Source: Acidimicrobiales bacterium (GTDB lineage Bacteria > Actinomycetota > Acidimicrobiia > Acidimicrobiales > Aldehydirespiratoraceae). Taken from it: a stretch of 64,000 nt of DNA. Position 1 is the first letter of the stretch; every line of letters begins with the position of its first letter. A program made the translations under genes and the position numbers. The stretch is from positions 11,158 through 75,157 of the forward strand of contig JAQWLJ010000046.1 of the NCBI GenBank assembly GCA_029247365.1, read 5' to 3'. Under the pieces are notes generated by a model. That model did not search any database. It was not told the origin of the DNA and was given only the letters and a program-made list of their open reading frames with translations. Shown here piece by piece: positions 49,531 to 58,542 of this stretch.

Positions 49531-50016
49531 AGCGCCCACGGTACTCGCACCTGAAGGCGTGTCGGAATCTCAGGCTTCCTCAGCCGACGCACCCCATGTC
49601 GGACTGGTTGCTGAACTGCTCCCGAGTGCCTGCCCATTGGCGCACATCAACATGGGCCGGCCAGGTGGCTAACCCTGGGTTCCGAGGCGCCCGACCGTTG
49701 GCCGAACGACCGGCGAAAACGTCGAACATCGAGACCGGTGGCTGGCGACCCTCACTGCACCGGGTGACGAAGTGATCTGCACCATCTGACCGAAGAGGAT
49801 CCGAACAATGCCGAACGAAGAAGGCCCATCTTTCTAGCTTCGTCAGGAATCGCCGCGATGTAACGCTGACGGGCGCAGGCGACGAAGTCGATGCTCTTCG
49901 AGATGCCGTGGCGGGGCGTCGTTCCACCACCAGGGGTCAGTAGAGAAGCTGTCGGCCCCGAGAGGCAGTTGCCCATGTCGGCGCGACCCTCGTCCTCGCC
50001 GCTAGATTCAGGAGCC

Positions 50017-50442
50017 GTGCCTACGACTGCTGAACTCCAGGGCCGCACCTACAAGCGCGGCGAGAAAGTCCGTCTCCTCGAAGACATCCCGGGCTACCCG
50101 GCCGGCACCACCGGCAAGATCGGCCTCGCCAACGGCGTGACCTGGAAGCGCTACTGGGTTCGCTTCCCCGACGGCAACGCGGTCGGCCACGTCGACCACG
50201 GCCTGCTCGTGCGGGCCAAGGAATACGACCAGTTCTTTGTCGCCCGCGACCGAGAAGCGATCGAAGCCGAGAAGGCTGCCGAACTTGCCGCAGCCGAAGC
50301 AGCCGCCAAGGGTGACTCCGATGGTGGCGGCGGGGGCGACGCCGCCTCCGGTGCCAGCACAGGCGTCGAGATCAACGGCGTTGTGATTGCGCAGAGCTGG
50401 CTCGACAAGAGCGCTGCAGCCCGGGCCCGCCTCGGCGGTTGA
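50017..50442 (+). CDS. Hypothetical protein (small beta-rich N-domain, Ala/Glu helix, Gly/Asp linker)
   Basis: Strong GC3 bias and a natural composition (…RTYKRGEKVRLLEDIPGYPAGTTGKIGLANGVTWKRYWVRFPDGNAVGHVDHGLLVRAKEY…). GTG at 50017 lies just after AGGAG. The part of the ORF upstream of 50017 is not protein-like. Confidence 0.6.
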   Translation: MPTTAELQGRTYKRGEKVRLLEDIPGYPAGTTGKIGLANGVTWKRYWVRFPDGNAVGHVDHGLLVRAKEYDQFFVARDREAIEAEKAAELAAAEAAAKGDSDGGGGGDAASGASTGVEINGVVIAQSWLDKSAAARARLGG

Positions 50443-50840
50443 TCGACGCTCCCTAGGGCCGGTGACGCGCCGCCCCAACATCGCCTTTGTTCTGGCGGGC
50501 AACGCCGCGACATAGGCACTGGGCGCCTGATCGGCTAGCTGTGCGAGCGGGGTGACCTCGACGAAACGATGTCCATCTCCTCGCAAGACCAGGGTCTTTC
50601 TCGGCGATCATGGGTGATTCGACAAGCGACTGATGGTCGAGGAATCGCTGGGCATCCGCTCCTCGTCAGCTATCTGGACCGGTTCGACGCGGGTGACGTC
50701 CACGACAGGATCGCGAGCAGTCTCGATAGGCCGCACACAATCCTTGATGAGGCCCAGATCAAACCCCCACAGACGCATGCAGGACAAAGCTTCTGGCCGC
50801 CCTGCGACGTGACCCCGCCGCACCGACACCCGCTGATGGC

Positions 50841-51074
50841 GTGTCCTACCGGTCCTGGGAGAACGACGACGTCATCGATCAGGCTCTGCCCCACTTCGGC
50901 GATCAGATCGACAGCTACAAGCTGATCCACTCCGAGATCCAGGCCGATGTGACGGCGATGAGGCAGCGCGAACAGCTCCGGCTGCGCGGCACACCCCATC
51001 GTACGCAGTCGGTGCCACCTGACTGTGGGGATGTCGATGTCCGCCCGACATCCAGCCTTCCCCGTTACCAGTGA
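50841..51074 (+). CDS. Possible small ORF or gene remnant
   Basis: The first ~50 codons have high GC3 and a natural sequence (VSYRSWENDDVIDQALPHFGDQIDSYKLIHSEIQADVTAMRQREQLRL). The tail is poorer and there is no RBS. Confidence 0.3.
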   Translation: MSYRSWENDDVIDQALPHFGDQIDSYKLIHSEIQADVTAMRQREQLRLRGTPHRTQSVPPDCGDVDVRPTSSLPRYQ

Positions 51075-51107
51075 CTCAACCGGGGCCGATGAACCAATGC
51101 AGCAGCA

Positions 51108-51929
51108 TCAGCGAGTTCTCGGCTCGATCCGCTTTCCCGAGGAGAAAGCCTCGGTGCCGGCTTCCATTCCCGCCCGATCGAACCCGGTAGTGAGCAGTGC
51201 CGGCCCCATCGCCAATGCCTGCTTCGGGCCCAGATCATTGGCGGCCCAGATCGCCCGCAACGACGCCTGCACGCCGACCGGGGGCTGCGATGCGATCGCC
51301 TCGGCGACCCAACGGGCGCGGTCCATCAACTCGTCACCGGGGCACACCTCGCTGACCAGACCGATCCGGTGGGCGGTCGCAGCGGTCATGCGTTCGTGAT
51401 TGCCGAGCAGGGTCATTCGCAGCACCTCAGCCAGCGGCATGTACTGCAGCATCTTCATCGGTTCATAGACCGCCGCCATGCCGTAGGTGACGTGCGGATC
51501 AAAGAACGTTGCGTGGTCGGCAGCGACGATGACGTCCGACTCGGCGAGCATGTAGAACGCTCCACCACACGCCATACCGTTGACCGCGCAGATCACGGGC
51601 TTCCAGAGATCGCATGACTTTGGTCCCAGCTCGTCGCCTGGATCGTCGTACATGAAGTTGTTCGACGTGCCGTACAGGTTGTCGCTGCCGGCCAGGTTCG
51701 TGAACTCCGTCTCGTTGCGGTCGATGCCAACACAAAACGACCGGTCACCGGCGGCTGTGAGGATCACGGCGTTGACGTCATCGTCGCGGCGAAACGCCCT
51801 CCAGGTCGCCTGGAGTTCCTGCTGCATGGTCGGGCTGAAGGCGTTGTAGGAGTCGGGCCGATTGAGGGTGACCGTCGCAACCTTGGTCGTTGCGTCGATA
51901 GCAACAGTGATCGTGGTGAGCTCGCTCAT
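51108..51929 (-). CDS. Enoyl-CoA hydratase/isomerase family protein
   Basis: TLNRPDSYNAF and AAGDRSFCVGID, with the crotonase fold. The ATG at 51929 overlaps the aminotransferase stop (ATGA). Confidence 0.88.
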   Translation of the reverse strand: MSELTTITVAIDATTKVATVTLNRPDSYNAFSPTMQQELQATWRAFRRDDDVNAVILTAAGDRSFCVGIDRNETEFTNLAGSDNLYGTSNNFMYDDPGDELGPKSCDLWKPVICAVNGMACGGAFYMLAESDVIVAADHATFFDPHVTYGMAAVYEPMKMLQYMPLAEVLRMTLLGNHERMTAATAHRIGLVSEVCPGDELMDRARWVAEAIASQPPVGVQASLRAIWAANDLGPKQALAMGPALLTTGFDRAGMEAGTEAFSSGKRIEPRTR

Positions 51930-53131
51930 GCCCCTCCTCCGGAAGTCGCAGCCCAGTCTTTCAGGCGAGCCATCGCTTCCGTGCAATCCTCGGTCGAACC
52001 AGCGAAGGAGAAGCGCACAAACCGGTGCCCGCGACTCGGATCGAAGTCAACACCTGGCGTCGCCGCGATACCGAGATCGGCTAACCACTTGGAGCAGAGT
52101 GCCTGGCTGTCAGTCGTGCGATCTGACTCAATTAGGTGGTCGATCCCCGCCCAGATGTAGAACGCACCGTCCGCTGGAGCAAGGTCGTCGAAGCCGGCAG
52201 CCTGCAGGCCCTGGAGCAACACCGTGCGATTCAGTGCGTAGCGAGCGATGTATGCCTCGCATTCGTCATGACAGTCGAAGGCAGCCTCAGCGCCGAGTTG
52301 CGAGAGTGTCGGCGCAGAGATCGTCACGTTCTGCCCGATGCGGGTGAGTGTCTCGGTCAACGCTGCCGGCATGACGAGCCAGCCAAGTCGCCAGCCCGTC
52401 ATGGAAAAGTACTTCGAGAACGAATTGATGACGATTGCATCGGAATCGTGCTCGAGCGCAGTTGGCGCCCGGCCAGCGTAGGTGAGGCCGTGGTAGATCT
52501 CGTCGCTGATGAACCACACACCGTTCGCTCGACACCATCTGGTGATTTCGGCCAAACGTTCGGCGTCAAGCATGGTGCCGGTGGGGTTCGAAGGCGACGA
52601 AAGCACCAGACCGGCTATTGGGCCGCCCCGGGCAATGACCTCATCGAGCATCTCGACCGTTGGTTGAAATCGGGTCGCCATCGTCGTTGGCAGATCGACG
52701 ACATCACACCCCAGGGCGTCGAGCGCGTTGCGGTAGCACGGATAACCAGGCGACGGCACCACGACCCGGTCGCCTACATCAAAGGCGGCGAGAAAGGCAG
52801 CAACAAACGCACCGGAGGCCCCAACCGTGAACATCACCCGGGCGGGGTCAATGTCCACCCCGTACCAGTCGCGATAATGCGTAGCGATCCGTTCTCGTAA
52901 CGCAGGGGTACCGGCCGCCGTGGTGTAGCCGAGAACGTCATCATCGAGGGCCCGGTGCGCCGCGGCGATAACCCCCGACGGTGCTGGTGTCGACGGCTGG
53001 CCGACCTCGAGGTGAAGTACGTCGCCGCCGGCCACTTCGCGCTCCTCGGCCGCGCGCATGACCTCCATCACATAGAACGGCGCGATCTGGCCACGCTGTG
53101 ATGCCGAACGGCGGGAGGGGGTTGGGCCCAT
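51926..53131 (-). CDS. PLP-dependent aminotransferase (class I/II)
   Basis: SFSKYFSMTGWRLGW (PLP Lys motif) and NPTG. About 401 aa. Confidence 0.9.
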   Translation of the reverse strand: MGPTPSRRSASQRGQIAPFYVMEVMRAAEEREVAGGDVLHLEVGQPSTPAPSGVIAAAHRALDDDVLGYTTAAGTPALRERIATHYRDWYGVDIDPARVMFTVGASGAFVAAFLAAFDVGDRVVVPSPGYPCYRNALDALGCDVVDLPTTMATRFQPTVEMLDEVIARGGPIAGLVLSSPSNPTGTMLDAERLAEITRWCRANGVWFISDEIYHGLTYAGRAPTALEHDSDAIVINSFSKYFSMTGWRLGWLVMPAALTETLTRIGQNVTISAPTLSQLGAEAAFDCHDECEAYIARYALNRTVLLQGLQAAGFDDLAPADGAFYIWAGIDHLIESDRTTDSQALCSKWLADLGIAATPGVDFDPSRGHRFVRFSFAGSTEDCTEAMARLKDWAATSGGGA

Positions 53132-53174
53132 CAGAGGATGTTGGCACGTCTTCCAACCGGTACGGTGATCTTTC

Positions 53175-53795
53175 GTGGTCAAGACCTGCGGAATCAGTGG
53201 CGGCTCTGGTGCAGGGAAGACGACGCTGACCCGACACCTCGTCGAGCGACTTGGTGCCGACCAGGTCTCCGTCGTGGCGTTCGATGCCTACTACCGAGAC
53301 CAAGGCCACCTCACCCCCGTCGATCGGGCGCTCGTGAACTACGACCATCCTGACTCCCTTGACCACGAGATGTTCGCGGCCGACGTCGAGACCCTCCGAA
53401 GTGGCCGAGCAGTCGCCTCACCGGTGTATGACTTCTCCACCCACACCCGCACTGCCGAGGTCAAGGTGATCGAACCGAAGCCAGTGGTCATCGTCGAGGG
53501 CATCTTGCTCCTCAGCTTCCCTGAGATCGCTGCTCACCTCGACCTCGCCGTGTTCATCGATGTTCCCGAACAGGTACGTCTCGATCGCCGAATCACCCGC
53601 GATGTCGCCGAACGGGGTCGCGAGCCCAACGATGTTCGTCGTCAGTTCGCCGCCACCGTGGCCCCGATGCACAACCAGTATGTCGAGCCGTTCCGTCACG
53701 TCGCCCATCGAACCGTCGAGCTCCACGAGAAGTACGGCCCCGTCGCCGACGAGCTCATCGAGCGGCTGACGGTTCCCGAACGTCTCGTCGGATAA
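53175..53795 (+). CDS. udk: Uridine kinase
   Basis: P-loop GISGGSGAGKTT, YDHPDS and VIVEGIL. Confidence 0.9.
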   Translation: MVKTCGISGGSGAGKTTLTRHLVERLGADQVSVVAFDAYYRDQGHLTPVDRALVNYDHPDSLDHEMFAADVETLRSGRAVASPVYDFSTHTRTAEVKVIEPKPVVIVEGILLLSFPEIAAHLDLAVFIDVPEQVRLDRRITRDVAERGREPNDVRRQFAATVAPMHNQYVEPFRHVAHRTVELHEKYGPVADELIERLTVPERLVG

Positions 53796-53840
53796 CTCAT
53801 TCACCTGACACGACCGTCTGCCAGGCGGTATCTTGCCCCC

Positions 53841-54917
53841 GTGCGAGGGTGGGCATGCCGTTGGGGGGCCGCTCGTCCCGCCACCTGCATCCTGGTCGCT
53901 GCGTTGCTTGCGGTGAGCTGCGGAGGAGGCGGTGACGAGGACGAGCAAGTGGGAACGTTCACGCTCCCGCGCACCTATGAACAGCTCGAACTCAGCTCGC
54001 CAAAGGCCGCTGTCGCCGAGTTCAGCTCCGCGTTCGTTCGCCGAGACTTCGTGACCGCAATGTTGCTGTTTCATCCCGCAACACAGGCGGCGATGGCGAC
54101 CAACGTGACGGACGCTGACTTCTCAACATGGGTCATGCCCGAGGTTGAGCCGGCGGTACGCGCTCGCATCGAGCTCGAACGGGGCGGCGATCACCGGCTT
54201 GACGCGCTGCGGGTGTTCGAGATTGCGATGGAAGAGGCAACTGTTAACAGTGGCTTTCGCGTCGACCTCGCCGGTGGAATTGAAAACATCGTCGAGCGAA
54301 GTGCCGACGCCTTTACCGCCGTCGTCGACGCCACTCTGACAGCGAGTGAGGCGCCCGTCGTATTCGAGTTGGCACCCACGTCTGATGGCGCGTGGCGTAT
54401 CCGTCACGTCCGCCTCGAGAACGGCTCTGCGATCGAGCTCCCATTTTCGGGACGACCCGTTCTCGCCTCCCCTGTCCGCACCCTCAACGCGGCGACTACG
54501 TGGCGGGCGAGCCTTCCGAACGACACGCCCAACGACCTCCTGCGGACGGTCGCGACGCTGGTCAGTGCTCGCGACTACGTCTCGATGTATCTGTTGCTCG
54601 ACGGCCCCGCCCAGCGAGAGATCGGGCTGCTCCTGCCGGCCGATGGGACCGCCGACAGCGCCGTGACGGCGGCCGTCCTCGACCACGTGTTCGACACCAC
54701 TGGGTTCCCTCTCGACCTGTCGACCATCGAACTCGAAGCTTCCGAACCGCCGGAGGCGAAGGTGCTTGTGCCGGGTGACTCATTCACGTTCCTGGTCGCC
54801 AACGGCGACGAGGGCCTTGACGTCACCGTCACGCTTGACATGAGCGGTGGTTGGCGACTTCATCGCCTCGCCAGAGCTGGTGATCTCGCGTCGCCGACCC
54901 CATTCCCCATCGGCTGA
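53841..54917 (+). CDS. Hypothetical lipoprotein
   Basis: Lipobox LLAVSCGGGG after a hydrophobic signal. 358 aa with good codon bias and no recognisable motif. Confidence 0.65.
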   Translation: MRGWACRWGAARPATCILVAALLAVSCGGGGDEDEQVGTFTLPRTYEQLELSSPKAAVAEFSSAFVRRDFVTAMLLFHPATQAAMATNVTDADFSTWVMPEVEPAVRARIELERGGDHRLDALRVFEIAMEEATVNSGFRVDLAGGIENIVERSADAFTAVVDATLTASEAPVVFELAPTSDGAWRIRHVRLENGSAIELPFSGRPVLASPVRTLNAATTWRASLPNDTPNDLLRTVATLVSARDYVSMYLLLDGPAQREIGLLLPADGTADSAVTAAVLDHVFDTTGFPLDLSTIELEASEPPEAKVLVPGDSFTFLVANGDEGLDVTVTLDMSGGWRLHRLARAGDLASPTPFPIG

Positions 54918-54918
54918 C

Positions 54919-56085
54919 TCAGCGAACGAAGCGGGCGACCGTCTCGACGTGGCTCGTACCCGGGAACAGATCGATCACCGTCCAGCGGTCGAGGTCGTAG
55001 CCGCTCTCGACGAGCCGTGACGCGTCACGGCCAAACGCCGACGGGTCGCAGCTCACCAGCACGAAAACCGCCGGGTCAGCTGCGAGCAAGGCCTTCACGC
55101 CGCGGGCGCCGAGACCTTCACGAGCCGGGTCGGCGATCACGACGCTTGCGTCGGAGGGACGCCAGCGCTCGACGCCGGTCCGGATGATTCGGGCCTCAAG
55201 GGCAGCGAGGTTGACCCGGGCGTCGGCGATCGAGTCGCGGCTCCGTTCGATCGCCGTCACCAACCGGCCGTCATGGAGTGTGCGGGAGAACAAGCCAACA
55301 CCCGCGTAGGCGTCGATCAGAGGTCCGGCGGGGGCGCCGGAAATCATCGACCTGACCTCGTCGACGAGCGCGTCGGCGCCGGCCGGACGGTTCTGGAAAA
55401 ACGAGTTAGCGGAGATCCGCATCCGTTGCCCAGCAACGTCTTCGTGGATCCACGCCCGCTTCCCCTCAGTTAGCTCTTTCTGGCTCACCACTCGGACGTC
55501 GTCGGGCACCTCGACGTCAAAGGTTGGGCCGTCGACCACAACGAGTCGCTCGCCGGTGCGGCTGCCGACCCGAATAAGGACCGTGGTTGAGCCGGGGTAC
55601 CGGCCATCGATCAAGAGTTCTTCGGCGCTGGGGTCGACCGCTGCGCACGAGTCCGGCACGACGACATCGTGTGAGCCACGCATGCGGTAGCCAGCGCAGC
55701 TCTCGTGGACGGCAGCACGGACGGTAGTGCGCCCGTGGTCTTCGTCGAGCGTACGCATTGCAGGATCGGGACCCTGCACCTTCGCCCGGGCAAGCTGATC
55801 AACCGCCATTGCCGTCTTCATGGTGATTCGAGCGGGCGTGGCGACGTGCAGGAAGTCGCAGCCACCGCAGCCTTCGAGCTGGTGAGCACACGACACCGGC
55901 ACCCGATCGGGCGAGGAGTCCAGAATCTGGATTACCCGGGCGCGGGCCCACCGCTTGTCAGCCTTGACGATCTCTGCAGTGACAGATTCGCCGGGCAGTG
56001 CGCCTTCCACGAAGACCACTCGACCGTCGTCTCCGCGTGCGACGCCAGCCCCATCCCGCGCAGTCGCGGTAACCCGAAGTTCCAC
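54919..56085 (-). CDS. TRAM-domain 23S rRNA (uracil-C5)-methyltransferase (RlmD/RumA/TrmA family)
   Basis: N-terminal TRAM (GDDGRVVFVEGALPGESVTAEIV), Fe-S cysteines CAHQLEGCGGCDFLH and the catalytic VSCDPSAFGRD. Confidence 0.85.
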   Translation of the reverse strand: MELRVTATARDGAGVARGDDGRVVFVEGALPGESVTAEIVKADKRWARARVIQILDSSPDRVPVSCAHQLEGCGGCDFLHVATPARITMKTAMAVDQLARAKVQGPDPAMRTLDEDHGRTTVRAAVHESCAGYRMRGSHDVVVPDSCAAVDPSAEELLIDGRYPGSTTVLIRVGSRTGERLVVVDGPTFDVEVPDDVRVVSQKELTEGKRAWIHEDVAGQRMRISANSFFQNRPAGADALVDEVRSMISGAPAGPLIDAYAGVGLFSRTLHDGRLVTAIERSRDSIADARVNLAALEARIIRTGVERWRPSDASVVIADPAREGLGARGVKALLAADPAVFVLVSCDPSAFGRDASRLVESGYDLDRWTVIDLFPGTSHVETVARFVR

Positions 56086-56156
56086 CTCGCAAACGGTATC
56101 CAGGCCCCGCCCGTTTGGAACCGTCGCAGCCGGTCGACGCGAGTAGGGTCGCCCGG

Positions 56157-56828
56157 GTGAGCCGCGCCATCGAGATCAGCCCGTCCATCCTCCCCGCCGA
56201 CTTCGCTCGTCTGGGTGACGAGTGCATCGCCCTCGAGGAGGCGGGCTGCGACCGCATCCATTGGGACGTCATGGACGGCGTGTTTGTCCCAAATATCACC
56301 GTCGGCCCCGACGTGGTGAAGAGTCTGCGACCGCACCTGTCGATCCCGTTCGAAGCGCATCTCATGGTGATGGAGGCCGACACCATGGCTCCGCGTTATG
56401 TCGATGCTGGCTGCTCAACAGTGATGGTCCACGCCGAGGCGTGCACCCACCTCCACCGTTCGCTTGCCAACATCCGGGACCTCGGTGCGAAGTCAGGTGT
56501 GGTCCTGAACCCACACACCCCTGCTGCGACGATTCAACACGTTCTCGACACCACCGACCACATCCTGATCATGACGGTGAACCCGGGCTTTGGAGGCCAG
56601 AAATACCTCTCACTCACAGACAAGATCGCTGAGATCAAGGCGATGGTCGATGCAGGAGATCACGACATCGACATCGAGATCGACGGCGGTATCAGTGCCG
56701 ACACCATCGGGGAGTGCGCTGCAGCGGGGGCGAACGTGTTCGTCAGTGGTTCAGCGCTCTTCCGCTACGACGACAGGGCCGCAGGCGTTACCGAGCTCAG
56801 GGCAAAGGCCGAGGCGGCGCGTGACTGA
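56157..56828 (+). CDS. rpe: Ribulose-phosphate 3-epimerase
   Basis: ISPSILPADFARLG, HWDVMDGVFVPN and MTVNPGFGGQ. The GTG start at 56157 is preferred over the TTG at 56115. Confidence 0.92.
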   Translation: MSRAIEISPSILPADFARLGDECIALEEAGCDRIHWDVMDGVFVPNITVGPDVVKSLRPHLSIPFEAHLMVMEADTMAPRYVDAGCSTVMVHAEACTHLHRSLANIRDLGAKSGVVLNPHTPAATIQHVLDTTDHILIMTVNPGFGGQKYLSLTDKIAEIKAMVDAGDHDIDIEIDGGISADTIGECAAAGANVFVSGSALFRYDDRAAGVTELRAKAEAARD

Positions 56829-57480
56829 CGGCTTCTACGACGAGCACCATCGCGGGCTCCAGGACCGCTTCGAGAGCCGAGTCCTTGCCGACTCGCTTGA
56901 GGCGATGATCGTGCAACCAGAACTCGACGAACAGGCGGCCGACTTCATCTCCAGCCGCGAGTTCTTCTTTTTGTCAACCGTGACCGCCGATGGCCAACCT
57001 ACCGTGTCACACAAGGGGGGCGGACCTGGGTTCGTCAAGATCCTCACCCCCCAGACACTCGCCTTCCCGAGCTACAACGGGAACGGCATGTTCTTCTCGA
57101 TGGGCAACATCGCAGCCACCGCGAAGATTGGCATGCTCTTCATCGACTTCGAGACGCCGCATCGTGTGCGGGTCCACGCCGATGCGACTGTCGATCCCGA
57201 CGATCCGCTGCTCGCCGACTTCCCGGGTGCTCAGCTCATCGTGCGGGCCTCGGTCACCGACACGTTCGTCAACTGTCCGCGCTACATCGTCACGCACGCA
57301 CGGGTGGAAGCATCGCGCTACGTGCCCGACGCCAAAGGCGAAGCACCGAGCCCGGCATGGAAGAAACTCGACGGCATGGCCGCTCTACTTCCGCCGGCCG
57401 AAGCCGCCCACGTCGAGTCCGAGGGCGAGACGATCAGCATGGAGGAGTACAGCGAACGCCTCGCACGTGGCGACGGCTGA
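56821..57480 (+). CDS. Pyridoxamine 5'-phosphate oxidase-like FMN-binding family protein
   Basis: FFFLSTVTADGQPTVSHKGGGPGFV split-barrel motif. The GTG start overlaps the rpe stop (GTGACTGA). Confidence 0.7.
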   Translation: MTDGFYDEHHRGLQDRFESRVLADSLEAMIVQPELDEQAADFISSREFFFLSTVTADGQPTVSHKGGGPGFVKILTPQTLAFPSYNGNGMFFSMGNIAATAKIGMLFIDFETPHRVRVHADATVDPDDPLLADFPGAQLIVRASVTDTFVNCPRYIVTHARVEASRYVPDAKGEAPSPAWKKLDGMAALLPPAEAAHVESEGETISMEEYSERLARGDG

Positions 57481-57565
57481 TCAGCTGACCTTTCTCAGGC
57501 GACAAGCAGCGCCGTCAGCTCGCCGTCGGTGCTCAGCGTCGGAAGCCGGCTCTTACGTGCTCCGC

Positions 57566-58171
57566 TCAGATCATTTCGCCACGTCGAACAATGACGTGGT
57601 CAATGATGCCATAGTCCTTGGCTTCTTCGGCGGTGAACCAGCGGTCACGGTCGGAGTCGGCCTCGATCTGCTCGTAGGTCTGGCCGGTGTGTTGTGCGAT
57701 GCGCTCCTGCAGAAGACGCTTCGTGTAGGCCATCTGCTCAGCTTGGATGGCGATGTCGGTCGCCTGGCCCTGAACCCCGCCAAGGGGCTGGTGCATCATG
57801 ATTCGAGCGTGTGGAAGGGCGTAGCGCTTGCCCGGTGCACCAGCACAGAGCAGGAACTGACCCATTGACGCGCCAAGGCCCATGCAGATGGTGCCGACCT
57901 CGGGTTGCACGAACTGCATGGTGTCGTAGATGGCCATGCCAGCAGTGACCGAACCACCGGGGCTGTTGATGTAGAGCCAGATTGGCTTCTCGCTGTCTTG
58001 CCCTTCGAGGTAAAGCAGCTGCGCGGTGATGTAATTGGCGATGTCGTCGTTGACGTCGGTGCCGAGCACCACGATGCGGTCCTGCAGCAGCCGGTGGTAG
58101 ATGTCGGCCTGCGGGCTTCCGGCGACGGGAGCACTGGCGGTAACGGGGGGAAACACGTTCGACTCGGTCAT
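57566..58171 (-). CDS. clpP: ATP-dependent Clp protease proteolytic subunit
   Basis: Ser site [11 protein letters not shown] and His site IMMHQP. Start at the ATG at 58171. The longer ORF extension is the antisense of tRNA-Leu. Confidence 0.95.
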   Translation of the reverse strand: MTESNVFPPVTASAPVAGSPQADIYHRLLQDRIVVLGTDVNDDIANYITAQLLYLEGQDSEKPIWLYINSPGGSVTAGMAIYDTMQFVQPEVGTICMGLGASMGQFLLCAGAPGKRYALPHARIMMHQPLGGVQGQATDIAIQAEQMAYTKRLLQERIAQHTGQTYEQIEADSDRDRWFTAEEAKDYGIIDHVIVRRGEMI

Positions 58172-58242
58172 ATGCGGGTCAGGGTACCGGCCGGTTCGGC
58201 CTACAGTGCGACACCGCAGCATGGCTACGCTGCTCCCGTCAC

Positions 58243-58329
58243 GCGGACGTGGTGGAATTGGCAGACACGCCAGGTTTAGGTCCTGGTGCCCGAAAGGGTG
58301 TGGGGGTTCAAGTCCCCCCGTCCGCACCA
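58243..58329 (+). tRNA. tRNA-Leu (anticodon TAG), long variable arm, CCA encoded
   Basis: Fold: GCGGACG / GTGG…CAC / CCAGG-TTTAGGT-CCTGG / variable TGCCCGAAAGGGTGT / GGGGG-TTCAAGT-CCCCC / CGTCCGC-A-CCA. Confidence 0.92.
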
Positions 58330-58542
58330 GACTGGTTCACGTTCTGGTCCCCCACTGGAGCAGGTTTCGTTCAGTCCTGCCGCAGAAACCACACGCGGAG
58401 GCACCCCCGAAGTAACCAGGCGAGGAGGAACCGCGCTAAGGCGGCCTGCTCGCTTTCCCCGACGCACAATCGCCGGGCGGTTTCGACATCGAGGATCGGG
58501 CCTGCCCTGCCAGGCTCGATAGTCCTCCCGGTGCAAAAGCCT

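Noticed and set aside
58172-58327. N-terminal extension of the clpP ORF ([28 protein letters not shown]…).
   Set aside because: This peptide is the antisense translation of tRNA-Leu. The true clpP start is the ATG at 58171.
58243-58329. tRNA with the letters TAG in its anticodon loop as a possible amber suppressor.
   Set aside because: Anticodon 5'-UAG-3' decodes the Leu codon CUA. An amber suppressor would need CUA. The long variable arm and identity elements fit an ordinary tRNA-Leu.
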